This document shows, in pieces, positions 37,902 through 46,762 of a stretch of DNA of 64,000 nucleotides (positions within the stretch are counted from its first letter, which is position 1; each line of letters opens with the position of its first letter). Origin of the DNA: Capsulimonadaceae bacterium (GTDB lineage Bacteria; Armatimonadota; Armatimonadia; Armatimonadales; Capsulimonadaceae); assembly GCA_965215505.1 (NCBI GenBank), contig OZ244065.1, positions 5,056,001-5,120,000 of the forward strand, in the 5' to 3' direction. Under the pieces are notes generated by a model that saw only the letters and a program-made list of their open reading frames with translations, was not told the origin of the DNA and ran no database searches. The translations under genes were made by a program, and so were the position numbers.

Positions 37902-38018
37902 CGAGTGGTTGAAAACCACTCGCTGGGCCAGGTGTCCTTCGGACAGAGGATAAGGCGCATGCGCCGCCTCTGTACGTCCGCAGGACGCTTCTCCTAGCGA
38001 GTGGTTTTCAACCACTCG
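37902..38018. repeat. REPIN-like element, family B (copy 2, inverted relative to copy 1)
   Basis: CGAGTGGTTGAAAACCACTCGCT...GTCCTTCGGAC...GTCCGCAGGACGCTTCTCCTAGCGAGTGGTTTTCAACCACTCG; 117 bp, colinear with the reverse complement of 6941-7057. Confidence 0.88.
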
Positions 38019-38028
38019 TTTTTCGGCC

Positions 38029-38060
38029 TTGACATATTCTGTCACATAGTATATACTGTG
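38029..38060 (+). promoter_or_regulatory. sigma70 promoter of padR with overlapping dyad (probable PadR operator)
   Basis: TTGACA(38029)-17 bp-TATACT(38052); imperfect palindrome CATAGTATATACTGTG over the -10. Confidence 0.75.
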
Positions 38061-38080
38061 CTCTAGAGGTTCACACAGAC

Positions 38081-38437
38081 ATGGAAAGCGAACTCCTGCG
38101 CGGCAACACGCCGACACTCGTCCTGGCCGCCCTTGCCGAAGGCCCGCAGCACGGCTACGCGATCGCCCAGGAGATCAACAAGCGGACCGGCAATTCCCTG
38201 CGTTTCAAGCAGGGCACGCTCTACCCCGTCCTGCACACCCTGGAGCGCGAGGGCCTGGTCACCGGCGAGTGGCGGCACGACACGGGGGAGCGCCCGCGCC
38301 TCGTCTATGCCATCACCGAGGCGGGGCGGGCGGAGCTGGCGCGTCGAGTGGACGTGTGGCAGACCTTCTCCAATGCCATGAACACCATGATCGGCGGCGT
38401 CCCGAACGGAGGCAGCCCTGATGCACAGCCCGAGTGA
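38081..38437 (+). CDS. PadR family transcriptional regulator
   Basis: LRGNT..LVL..L...PQHGYAI, GTLYPVLHTLE, YAITEAGR. Confidence 0.94.
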   Translation: MESELLRGNTPTLVLAALAEGPQHGYAIAQEINKRTGNSLRFKQGTLYPVLHTLEREGLVTGEWRHDTGERPRLVYAITEAGRAELARRVDVWQTFSNAMNTMIGGVPNGGSPDAQPE

Positions 38438-39137
38438 CCAGCCACCGCCCCCGGATGCGCCGTCTGCGGAAGACGGCCGCCGGGCACAAGTGGAGGACTA
38501 TCTGGATTTCCTCTGTGCCCCGCTCCTCGGCATCGTCCCGCACGCCCAGCGGCGGCGTCTGCGGCTGGAAACCGAGGACCACCTGCTGGCGCTGGCGGAA
38601 GACTTCCAGGCGGAGGGCTTCGCGCCCGACGAGGCCGTCGCCGTCGCCCTGCGGGAGTACGGCGAGCCGTGGCGCATCGGGCAGGACTTCGCCGAAGCCT
38701 GGCTGTCCGGCCCGCACCCCTGCCGCTTCGCCCGCTTCACGGACGCCTCGACTCTGCGGGCCTTCGGCTGGTTCGGCGTCTTCAGCGTCCTGACCCTCCT
38801 GCTTGTTGAGCAGCAGTATGTGTTGGGGCCGTTCCAAGAGTCCTTGACGTCGCTCTTCTATTGTCTGGCTGTTCTTTCGCCTCTCGTCGCCGGGGCCCTC
38901 ACGGGCCTAGCACTGAACCCGAGCGCAGGCAGTGGAGCATTGCGGGCCGTGACCCTGCTCGGTTTGGCTTCCGCCGCGACGGGTGTTCTCGTACTGCCCC
39001 ATTGGGAAATCTTGCAGTTCGCTTTGTTTCAGTTCGTGTTCTGGCTCCCCGCTGGCTGCCTCTCCGCCGTCGTGGCCGCCGGACTGCGGCGTCAGATGCG
39101 GCTCCAGAACTTTCGACACATGACGCGCCGCTCCTGA
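38421..39137 (+). CDS. PadR-associated membrane protein (permease-prefix/HAAS-type N-terminal domain)
   Basis: VEDYLD...RLETEDHL...EG...[16 protein letters not shown], followed by about 4 hydrophobic segments. Confidence 0.8.
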   Translation: MHSPSDQPPPPDAPSAEDGRRAQVEDYLDFLCAPLLGIVPHAQRRRLRLETEDHLLALAEDFQAEGFAPDEAVAVALREYGEPWRIGQDFAEAWLSGPHPCRFARFTDASTLRAFGWFGVFSVLTLLLVEQQYVLGPFQESLTSLFYCLAVLSPLVAGALTGLALNPSAGSGALRAVTLLGLASAATGVLVLPHWEILQFALFQFVFWLPAGCLSAVVAAGLRRQMRLQNFRHMTRRS

Positions 39138-39148
39138 AGGAGATTCAG

Positions 39149-39889
39149 ATGAACATCCGCCACGCCCGACGAGGGTTTACGCTCATCGAACTGCTGGTGG
39201 TCATCACCATCATTGGTATTCTAGCCGCGCTGCTGTTTCCCGTCTTCGCGGGGGCGCGTCACCGCGCGAGGGCGACGGTGTGTCTGTCCAACCTGCATCA
39301 GATCGGGCTGGCGACCCAGATGTATGAAGAGGAGGCGGATGGCAAGCTGCCGCCGCACAACCCGGTGGGTGAAGTCAACACGCCCCGCTTCCATCTTCCG
39401 GGCGAGTTGACTTCGTATAACCCCCTCAAAATTGACCCACATCTTTACCTCTGCCCAGAGACGGGAGAACAGGTCCTTTACCCGGACTACACCTTCCGGT
39501 TCCAGATAGATCCGTGGCCGGACCCTCACATGCTCGACCCTCTGCTTTACGACCCCAACCATGTCCGGGCACGCCCTGAGCCGACGGTGGTTCTGGCTTA
39601 CTGCTTCCGACACTTGACGGCAGGCTACCAAGATCACCCAGGGGGGAACATCGTATACACATACGAGAGTATCTGCGCGGCCCATCGGGAAGGCTTTTAC
39701 CTCGTTCTGCGGGAAAGCGGAACGGTACAGCGCGTGCCTGCCAGCCAGGTCAGTGTCTGGACCTATCAGAAGGTAAGCGGGCAGTACACATGGTTCCCGC
39801 TCGCCCCAACGGCGACGACGACGCCGGGTGCTTGGAAGGTGTTCGACGTCTTTCCCGACGAACCCTGGCCGCCGCAGTTCGACAAGTGA
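39149..39889 (+). CDS. prepilin-type N-terminal cleavage/methylation domain protein (DUF1559-like)
   Basis: [30 protein letters not shown]...[13 protein letters not shown]. Confidence 0.9.
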   Translation: MNIRHARRGFTLIELLVVITIIGILAALLFPVFAGARHRARATVCLSNLHQIGLATQMYEEEADGKLPPHNPVGEVNTPRFHLPGELTSYNPLKIDPHLYLCPETGEQVLYPDYTFRFQIDPWPDPHMLDPLLYDPNHVRARPEPTVVLAYCFRHLTAGYQDHPGGNIVYTYESICAAHREGFYLVLRESGTVQRVPASQVSVWTYQKVSGQYTWFPLAPTATTTPGAWKVFDVFPDEPWPPQFDK

Positions 39890-39903
39890 CTTGCTCCCGC
39901 CCG

Positions 39904-39931
39904 TAAAGTTTCCACGCCCCTCTGCCGATAA
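39904..39931 (+). promoter_or_regulatory. sigma28-type promoter upstream of fliL
   Basis: TAAAGTTT-N12-GCCGATAA, both boxes at consensus. Confidence 0.8.
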
Positions 39932-40002
39932 TCACGGTGCGCCCGCCACCAAACGGGCGTCCAATGTGACACAAACGCTTCACGGACGGAGAACCCATAG
40001 GC

Positions 40003-40476
40003 ATGGCCGACAAGAAAGAAGAAAAGAAGGAAGAGGCGGGCAAGAAGAAAGGCCCGCCCATGATGATCATCATGGCGGTGTTCGCCGTGGCCGTCCTGGG
40101 CGCGGCGTTCTTCATGGTCCAGAAGGCCAATGCCAAGCAGAAGACGGCGGAGGTCAAGAAGGTCGAGAAGGGGCCGGTCCTGAGCCTGGACGAGTTCCTG
40201 GTCAACCTGGCCGATCCGGGCAGCGACCACTTCCTGAAGGTCACGGTCGGGCTGGAACTCGACAAGGCCAAGGGCAAAGCGCCCGAGGCTCTGAAGGAAG
40301 ACACGCCGCTGATCCGTGATGCCGTCCTCGCGTCGCTCGCCAGCAAGACGCGCGACCAGCTCGCCGTGGAAGCCGGGCGCGAGAAGCTGAAGGCGGAGAT
40401 CAAGAAGAAAGTCAACGCCGCCCTGGGCGAAGAGGATGTGCAGGGGGTTTACTTCACGAACTTCGTGACGCAGTAA
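40003..40476 (+). CDS. fliL: flagellar basal body-associated protein
   Basis: N-terminal TM, FLVNLAD, HFLKV, IRDAVL, GREKLK.EI, VYFTNFVTQ. Confidence 0.94.
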   Translation: MADKKEEKKEEAGKKKGPPMMIIMAVFAVAVLGAAFFMVQKANAKQKTAEVKKVEKGPVLSLDEFLVNLADPGSDHFLKVTVGLELDKAKGKAPEALKEDTPLIRDAVLASLASKTRDQLAVEAGREKLKAEIKKKVNAALGEEDVQGVYFTNFVTQ

Positions 40477-40533
40477 GCCGCCGGGGGGAAGTCCGACAAC
40501 AAACTTGTGAACTTTGCGGGGGTGACGTGGAAT

Positions 40534-40573
40534 AACAGACACCGGAGGCGGCAAGCCTCCGGTGTCTGTTTTT
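40534..40573 (+). terminator. strong intrinsic terminator between fliL and fliM
   Basis: AACAGACACCGGAGGC-GGCAA-GCCTCCGGTGTCTGTT followed by TTT. Confidence 0.75.
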
Positions 40574-40626
40574 GGTCCCCGGACCCGGTATTTTTGACAG
40601 GCCGACACAGTGAACAGGTAGGCTCA

Positions 40627-41853
40627 GTGGCAGACGTTTTATCACAGCGCGAGATCGAGGCCCTGCTGTCCTCGATGGCGACGACCGAGGAAGAGCCGCC
40701 GGCGAACGCGGCCATGGATCAGCGGCGGGCGGCGATCGGGGCCGTGACGGCGAATGTCCCGCAGACCCGCGCCGCCGAGGGCCGCGTCTTCCTGCCGCTG
40801 CACAAGCGCCGCCGGGCCGCGGCGGGCCGGGCGCTGGCCGTGGCCCAGCACCGGGCGTCCTCCTCGCTGCCGGTGGCCTACGAGCCGTATGACTTCCGGC
40901 GGCCCGACAAACTCTCCAAGGACCACATCCGCTCGCTCCAGATGCTGCACGAGAACTTCGTCGGCTTCTTCATGTCCTCGCTGGCCGGCTACCTGCGCGC
41001 GCAGGTCGAGGTCGAGCTGGTCTCGGTGGAGCAGGTCCCGTATGATGAGTACATCAAGACCATCTCGGGGTCGCTCCTGAATATCCTGAACGTGGATGCG
41101 CTGGGGGGACAAGCGATCTTTGAGATGGACTTCGGCATCTTTTTTTCCATGCTGGAACGCCTGCTGGGCGGCAAAGGGTCGTCGGGCAAGATCGTCCGCG
41201 ACCTGACCGACATCGAGAAGGTGCTGGCGAGCAACATGACCGAGCTGGCCTTGAACGACCTGAAGACCGCCTGGGAGACGGTGCTGCCGCTGGACTTCGT
41301 GGTCGCCTCGATGGAGACAAGCCCGCAGTTCGTCCAGATCGTCCCCGGCAACGACACGGTCGTCCTGGTGCTGTTCAACATCCGCATGGGCGAGTTCCAG
41401 GGCGCGATGAGCCTGTGCATCCCCTACCTGCTGATCAAGCCGATCCTGAACCGACTCAGCGCCCAGCGCTGGTTCGTCAGCGACCGCAAGAAGAACGCCG
41501 CCGCGCACGGCCGTCTGCTGGCGGAACGGCTGAACACGACGACCGTCCCGTGCATCGCCCGCCTGGGCCTCGCCTCGCTCACCGTCGCCGACATCGCCGG
41601 CCTGGAAGTGGGGCACATCGTCCCCATGCGGGTCTGCCCCGCCGAGGAGGTGTCCGGCCCCGCCCCGAAAGGCAAGCTGGGGACGGTGGACCTTTTGGTC
41701 GGCTCGCAGGTCAAGTTCCGGGGCCGGACCGGCCTCCGGGGTCAGAACCTGGCCGTGCAGATCGAGCAGGTCGTCGGCCCGCCCCTGGAACTGGTGGCGC
41801 ACCGCGAACAGAACTCCCCCATTCAGCATACAGACGCAGGAGATAAAGCCTAG
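40627..41853 (+). CDS. fliM: flagellar motor switch protein
   Basis: VLSQREIEALL, YDFRRPDKLSKDHIRSL, ETSPQFVQIV, C-terminal SpoA domain; GTG start. Confidence 0.94.
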   Translation: MADVLSQREIEALLSSMATTEEEPPANAAMDQRRAAIGAVTANVPQTRAAEGRVFLPLHKRRRAAAGRALAVAQHRASSSLPVAYEPYDFRRPDKLSKDHIRSLQMLHENFVGFFMSSLAGYLRAQVEVELVSVEQVPYDEYIKTISGSLLNILNVDALGGQAIFEMDFGIFFSMLERLLGGKGSSGKIVRDLTDIEKVLASNMTELALNDLKTAWETVLPLDFVVASMETSPQFVQIVPGNDTVVLVLFNIRMGEFQGAMSLCIPYLLIKPILNRLSAQRWFVSDRKKNAAAHGRLLAERLNTTTVPCIARLGLASLTVADIAGLEVGHIVPMRVCPAEEVSGPAPKGKLGTVDLLVGSQVKFRGRTGLRGQNLAVQIEQVVGPPLELVAHREQNSPIQHTDAGDKA

Positions 41854-42393
41854 ATGGCAGACACGGACAATGACGGCGGCATGTTGTCGCAGACGGACCT
41901 GGACGCGCTCATCGCGGCGGCCTCGGTGGACCTCCCCGCCGATGACCTGGACTACGGCGGGGGCCTGGGTGGCGGGGACATCGATGGCGGGGACCTGGGC
42001 GGGGCTTTCTCCGGCGGGCAGGCCGGCCCGTCCGGCCCCGCGCCGGCCATCGGTCTGGTGGATCTGCCCTCCTTCGACGCGCCCGCGGCAGGGCCGCGCG
42101 GCGGCCCGGACGGGCCGGCGGGGCTGGGGCGCGTCCGCGACATCCCCCTGGAGGTGACGGTGGAACTGGGCCGGACCCGGCTGCTGATCCGGGACATCAT
42201 GGACCTGTCCGCCGGCTCCATCATCGAGCTGGACAAGATCGCGGGCGAACCCGTGGACCTGCTCGCGAACGGGCTGCTGGTGGCGCGCGGCGAGGTGATC
42301 GTCATTGACGACAACTTCGGGGTGCGCGTCACCGAGATCATCACCGCCGCCGAGCGCAAGGGCGAGAAGGAGTCCCATGCGCTCGCCGCATAA
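41854..42393 (+). CDS. fliN: flagellar motor switch protein
   Basis: LSQTDLDAL; DIPLEVTVELGRT, GSIIELDKIAGEPVD, GEVIVIDDNFGVRVT. Confidence 0.94.
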   Translation: MADTDNDGGMLSQTDLDALIAAASVDLPADDLDYGGGLGGGDIDGGDLGGAFSGGQAGPSGPAPAIGLVDLPSFDAPAAGPRGGPDGPAGLGRVRDIPLEVTVELGRTRLLIRDIMDLSAGSIIELDKIAGEPVDLLANGLLVARGEVIVIDDNFGVRVTEIITAAERKGEKESHALAA

Positions 42394-43045
42394 CCTCCCG
42401 CTGCTGTGCCTCCTGGCCGTCCTCGCCGCAGGGCGCGTCTCGGCTGCGCCGACAGCCGCACCAGGCCCCGCCGCGCCGACTTCGGCGGCGATACCCAATT
42501 ACGGTGGGCGCGACAGCGCGCCCCTGGGGGCGTCCCCGGCCGCCCCAGCCCAGTCAGGCTCCAGCCCTGGGGACGGCAGCGCCGCCGCCCAGGCCGGCCG
42601 GGCGGCTGAAGCCCTGGTCCTCGTCCTGGCCGGCGTCGTCGGCGTCGTCTACGCCCTCAAGCGATTCGGGCTGGTCCAGGGCGGCGCGGACGGCCGGCCC
42701 GCGCGGGTCATGCTCTCCGGCCTGGGCCGCCTGCCCGCGGCGGCAGCCGACTCCGCCGTGACCGTCGAATCGTCCCGGACGCTGCCGGGCGGCGCGATGC
42801 TGCACGTCGTCCGCGTGCCGGGCCGTACCCTCCTGCTGGCGGCGACGGCCCACGCCGTTACTGCCATCGCCGACTGGCCCGTGGAGGCCAAAAGGATGGA
42901 GGCCGACGGGCCACAGGACGCGGACGCTACCGCGTTTGAAGAATACCTGGCCCGCGCCGAGGTGCCCGGAGCGGGCCTCGCCGCCGCGAACGCCCGTCTG
43001 CGCTCGCTCCTGCCCCGCCCGCAGCCCCCGAAAGACAACCCATGA
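42377..43045 (+). CDS. fliO: flagellar biosynthesis protein FliO-like
   Basis: Between fliN and fliP; TM LVLVLAGVVGVVYALKRF; VTVESSRTL...LHVVRV..RTLLLA. Confidence 0.7.
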   Translation: MRSPHNLPLLCLLAVLAAGRVSAAPTAAPGPAAPTSAAIPNYGGRDSAPLGASPAAPAQSGSSPGDGSAAAQAGRAAEALVLVLAGVVGVVYALKRFGLVQGGADGRPARVMLSGLGRLPAAAADSAVTVESSRTLPGGAMLHVVRVPGRTLLLAATAHAVTAIADWPVEAKRMEADGPQDADATAFEEYLARAEVPGAGLAAANARLRSLLPRPQPPKDNP

Positions 43046-43863
43046 TCCTGCGCCTTCTGACACTCACCCTGCTGCTGGCTTTCTGCCTGGGCGCATCACC
43101 CGCCCACGCGCAAACGGGGCTGACCCTGCCCGCCATTCCCGGTGCCGCGAAGAACGCGCCGGCCGCCTTCACCCTGCCGACCATCCCCGGCAGCGCCCCC
43201 GCCAAAAGCCCGCAGCAGGTCGCCAATACATTGCAAGTTCTGCTGCTGCTGACTGTCCTGACACTCGCGCCCGCGCTGCTGATCATGACCACGGCCTTCA
43301 CCCGCATCGTGATCGTGCTGTCCTTCCTGCGGTCGGCTTTGGGCACCCAGAACATCCCCCCGAACCAGGTCCTGCTCGGACTGGCCGTGTTCCTGACCTT
43401 CTTCGTCATGGCCCCGACCTTTAACCAGATGAACGCCGACGCCATCCAGCCCTACCTGAGCAGCAAGATGGACTTCAACACCGCCGTAGACCGCGGCGAG
43501 ACGCCCCTGCGTCGCTTCATGGTGGCGCAGACCTACCGGGATGACCTCAACCTGTTCCTCCAGATGAGCCACACCCCCCTGCCCAAGATCACCGACCCGA
43601 AGCACCCCGCCGACGCCCTGCCGATGCAGGTGGTCATCCCGGCTTTCGTCATCTCGGAACTCAAGACCGGATTCATCTTCGGGTTCATCATCTACATCCC
43701 GTTCATCATCATTGACCTAGTCGTCTCGTCCCTGCTGATGAGCATGGGAATGATGATGCTCCCCCCGACCGTCATCTCCCTCCCCGCTAAGGTCTTGGTT
43801 TTCATCCTCGCCGACGGCTGGCACGCCATCGCGGGTTCCCTTGTGGCCTCTTACCGGACATGA
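43042..43863 (+). CDS. fliP: flagellar export apparatus protein
   Basis: TAFTRIVIVLSFLRSALGTQNIPPNQVL, PAFVISELKT, MGMMMLPP, DGW. Confidence 0.96.
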   Translation: MILRLLTLTLLLAFCLGASPAHAQTGLTLPAIPGAAKNAPAAFTLPTIPGSAPAKSPQQVANTLQVLLLLTVLTLAPALLIMTTAFTRIVIVLSFLRSALGTQNIPPNQVLLGLAVFLTFFVMAPTFNQMNADAIQPYLSSKMDFNTAVDRGETPLRRFMVAQTYRDDLNLFLQMSHTPLPKITDPKHPADALPMQVVIPAFVISELKTGFIFGFIIYIPFIIIDLVVSSLLMSMGMMMLPPTVISLPAKVLVFILADGWHAIAGSLVASYRT

Positions 43864-43897
43864 TGGGTGACTCTCAATGCCACGGTCAACGAAACAG

Positions 43898-43923
43898 AGG
43901 CCGCCCCAGTCGGGGCGGCCTTT
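43898..43923. terminator. hairpin terminator between convergent fliP and M56 genes
   Basis: AGGCCGCCCC-AGTC-GGGGCGGCCT followed by TT. Confidence 0.6.
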
Positions 43924-43942
43924 GGCTTGCAGGTCAGGCGGC

Positions 43943-46762
43943 TTAATTGCTCGATGCAGGAGTCTTGTGCTGGGCGATCTGCGCGTCCAGGAAGGCAATC
44001 GCTGCTTGTAGTTGATGCTGTCGCGCCTGGATACTTCTGAGCTGGCGCGCTGCCGCATCTTCCGCACTCGCCAGGGCGAGCGCGGCCGCCCGCCGCTGGT
44101 TGTATTGATGGACCGCCTTGACAAACGCCTGCTTCCCCCGGATCGGCTGCTCACGATACGTCTGCTCCAGTGCCTGCACTTTGCGTTTCGCGGTGATGAC
44201 CGCCGGACTCGCAGGCGGCAGTGTCGCCGCCTTCTGGCTGAGGTCCGCTTGCGCCGCTGCGAGTCGAGCGGCGAGTGCCTGCCTTTCAACCGCCATCAAG
44301 GCAAGGGAGTATGCATCCAGGCTGGGCTGCCCTTTGGCTGCATAGGTGACTCGTGCATGCATCCCCCGGAGGTAGGTGGAAACCGCAGCGGCTTCGGCGT
44401 CCATGGCGCGGAGCTGTGCCTGTAGCTGTTCATGCTGTTGGGCCAGTGCCGACGCCTGTGCCCGCGAAAGGTCAGCGTCCAATGCCTGCTGTCGGGCGAT
44501 CGCCGCGGACACCGGCTTCGCGTAGCGCGGCTGGCTCCCGCCGGAATACGCCGGCAGCGTCAGCATACCACTTCCCTGGACCGAGAACATCGCCGGATCG
44601 AATGCCTTGAGTTGGCTTGCCACCCCGCCCGGCAGGCTCATGGCCGACGCCAGCGTCTTCGGGTCGCCGATGGCCCTGATGACGTAAGGCGGCGCGGTTG
44701 GGACGAAGTTGATGAGGACGGTCGCCCCCGCCGTCCGGACGGAACTCGTGGCGATGAGGCGCTGGTCGTTGACCGCGATGGCCTCCGCCCCCGCCGCCTT
44801 CAGTTCGTTGACGACCTGGTTGATGTCGGTGTCGTGGATGATGCTCGGCGGGGCGACGCCGTTCGGCATGGCAGGGAATGACTTCTTGCTGTCGCGCAGC
44901 GTCACCACCACGCCCGGCCCCTGCACGGGCGTCAGGCCGGCGAGGAAGCGGGCATTGCTGAGTTCTGGGTTGGAATCTGAAGCGGTCAAGGCAGCCGTGA
45001 GAGCGCGGAACTGTTGGAAGTGTGCTTGCGTAAAGGCGGTCGGTGCCTGCGACTGTCCCACCCGGCGGGGACGGTAGCCGGGGCGTGGGGAATGCTGGAT
45101 GGCAAACGACGGGAGCTCGCTCGCTCGCATCCATTTGACGTGAGCATCCACGAACAGGATACTGCTGTACCGGCCCCCACTGTGGGCCGTATATCGTACT
45201 GACTGGCCCGTGTCGCTCGCGTCGCGTGTGCCGAGGGTGCTGTCGAAGGCCATCACCTCCGCCGACGGGTAGTCGAAGAATGCGAGCGACCTCCCGGAGC
45301 AGTTGCGGTTGAAGGCATATCCATAGCGCTTCGCCCCCGGCTGGAACGGATCGAAGAAGACGGTCTTGTCTTTCAGGTAGGGAGACAGTGCCTCCATCCA
45401 GTGTGCGGCGTTTGGGAAATGCCCGTCATGGTCCTGCGCGTACTGGCTGAGGGCGATACCGATCTGTTTCAGGTTTGACATGTCCTGCATCTTCGTTGCC
45501 CTGAATTGCCGCTGCTCCGGGGTCAGCGTCGCCAGATATTTCGTCAGTTGCTCCGAGGTCAGTGTGGCGGTGTTCCCCGTCCGTCCGGGTGACTGTGCGG
45601 GTGCGGACGACACAAGAAACACGCCGCCAAGGGCGGCGGCGACGGCGAGCGCGGCGACCGTAAGCCGCAGGCGCAGTGTGACGGCGGACATGGAGTGGGT
45701 TCCTTTGTCGAGGATGCGGCCGATGCGTCGGCCCAGCGAGGAGCGGTAGGGGGCGACGCCGACGCCCAGGGCGCGCTCGCGGCGGCCCAGTGGGTGGCGT
45801 TCTGCTAATGTCAGCAGGCAGTCGGCGTAGGCGCGGGGCGGGCAGTCCTGGGCGAGCACTGCCAGGTCAGAGGCCTCCTCGCCGGCCTGTTCCAGGCGGC
45901 GGCACAGCACCCAGAGGAGGGGCTGAGGCCAGAGCAGGGCGGTCAGAAGGCGGGCGGCCAGAGTCCAGAGGTTGTCGCGCCGGGCGAGGTGGGCCAGTTC
46001 GTGGGCGAGGATGGCGCGCAGGGCAGCCGGGTCGAACTCCGATTCGTGGGCGGTCGGCAGGAAGATGGCCGGGTGCCTGACGCCGGCCAGGAACGGGCTG
46101 CGGACGGACGGGTGGGCGCGCAGCAGGGGAGGGCGCGGCGTCAGGGCGGCTAATGCCTCGGCGGCGGGGCCGGTGACGACGGGAGAAGCCGAACGGCGCA
46201 GGCGTGTCAGGTGGGACTGGCAGAGGGCGAGCCACAGGAGCAGGAGGGCGGTGCCGGAAGCCCAGAGGGAACCCACCCCGCGACAAGTCGCCGCCCCTCC
46301 CGGAACGGGTGGGGGGGCTGAGAAGGTTGTCGAAAGGTTTGGCGGGATGATTGGGAGCGGGTCAGTTAAAGGGGCATGGCCGAAGGGGCGGTCAGGAAGG
46401 ACATGGCCCAAGGGGGTTCGGCCCGAAGGGGCCTGGCCTGAAGAGGCATGGCTCAAAGAAGCCTCGTCAAGAAGATAAGACGCCCCGCCCACCTTCCCGC
46501 CCGCCCCACCCGTTCCGGGGGGGGCAGCGACTTGTCGCGGGGTGGGTCCCCCCGCCGTAATCCTCCACACCGGCTTGACGTGCCCGGCGAGCGGCCCGGC
46601 CAGCAGCAGGGCCAGCGCGAGGCCCGCCAGGGTCGCGCGGCCGAGGAGGGACTGGATGGCGGGGCCGTGCCGCCGGGCCAGTCGCATGGCGGCAAGCCCA
46701 AGTAGGATCAGAAGAGTAGATTGGAGCAGCAGGCCGAAGGCGATGGGGAGCAGCGTGGTCAT
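43943..46762 (-). CDS. BlaR1/MecR1-like M56 metallopeptidase with mosaic C-terminus (DUF1559/H-X9-DG-like, DUF881, coiled coil)
   Basis: SPFLAG..HPAIFLP, ILAHELAHLARRD, WPQPLLW, EEASD, YADCLL; DMSNLKQIGIAL.QYAQDHD and H..SILFVDAHVKW; AGLTPVQGPGVVVTLRDS..IHDTD..VNELKAAGAEAIAVNDQR (DUF881). Start MTTLLP overlaps the blaI stop. Confidence 0.88.
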   Translation of the reverse strand: MTTLLPIAFGLLLQSTLLILLGLAAMRLARRHGPAIQSLLGRATLAGLALALLLAGPLAGHVKPVWRITAGGPTPRQVAAPPGTGGAGGKVGGASYLLDEASLSHASSGQAPSGRTPLGHVLPDRPFGHAPLTDPLPIIPPNLSTTFSAPPPVPGGAATCRGVGSLWASGTALLLLWLALCQSHLTRLRRSASPVVTGPAAEALAALTPRPPLLRAHPSVRSPFLAGVRHPAIFLPTAHESEFDPAALRAILAHELAHLARRDNLWTLAARLLTALLWPQPLLWVLCRRLEQAGEEASDLAVLAQDCPPRAYADCLLTLAERHPLGRRERALGVGVAPYRSSLGRRIGRILDKGTHSMSAVTLRLRLTVAALAVAAALGGVFLVSSAPAQSPGRTGNTATLTSEQLTKYLATLTPEQRQFRATKMQDMSNLKQIGIALSQYAQDHDGHFPNAAHWMEALSPYLKDKTVFFDPFQPGAKRYGYAFNRNCSGRSLAFFDYPSAEVMAFDSTLGTRDASDTGQSVRYTAHSGGRYSSILFVDAHVKWMRASELPSFAIQHSPRPGYRPRRVGQSQAPTAFTQAHFQQFRALTAALTASDSNPELSNARFLAGLTPVQGPGVVVTLRDSKKSFPAMPNGVAPPSIIHDTDINQVVNELKAAGAEAIAVNDQRLIATSSVRTAGATVLINFVPTAPPYVIRAIGDPKTLASAMSLPGGVASQLKAFDPAMFSVQGSGMLTLPAYSGGSQPRYAKPVSAAIARQQALDADLSRAQASALAQQHEQLQAQLRAMDAEAAAVSTYLRGMHARVTYAAKGQPSLDAYSLALMAVERQALAARLAAAQADLSQKAATLPPASPAVITAKRKVQALEQTYREQPIRGKQAFVKAVHQYNQRRAAALALASAEDAAARQLRSIQARQHQLQAAIAFLDAQIAQHKTPASSN
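46267..46551. repeat. REPIN-like element, family E, embedded in-frame in the M56 gene
   Basis: ~60-bp inverted arms GGGAACCCACCCCGCGACAAGTCGCCGCCCCTCCCGGAACGGGTGGGG... / ...CCCCACCCGTTCCGGGGGGGGCAGCGACTTGTCGCGGGGTGGGTCCCC; core CCCCGCGACAAGTCGC shared with the intergenic element at 52731-52905. Confidence 0.85.

Noticed and set aside
40477-40573. c-di-GMP riboswitch upstream of fliM
   Set aside because: Lacks the class I (GCAAAC...GAAA...GCAAAG) and class II consensus elements.
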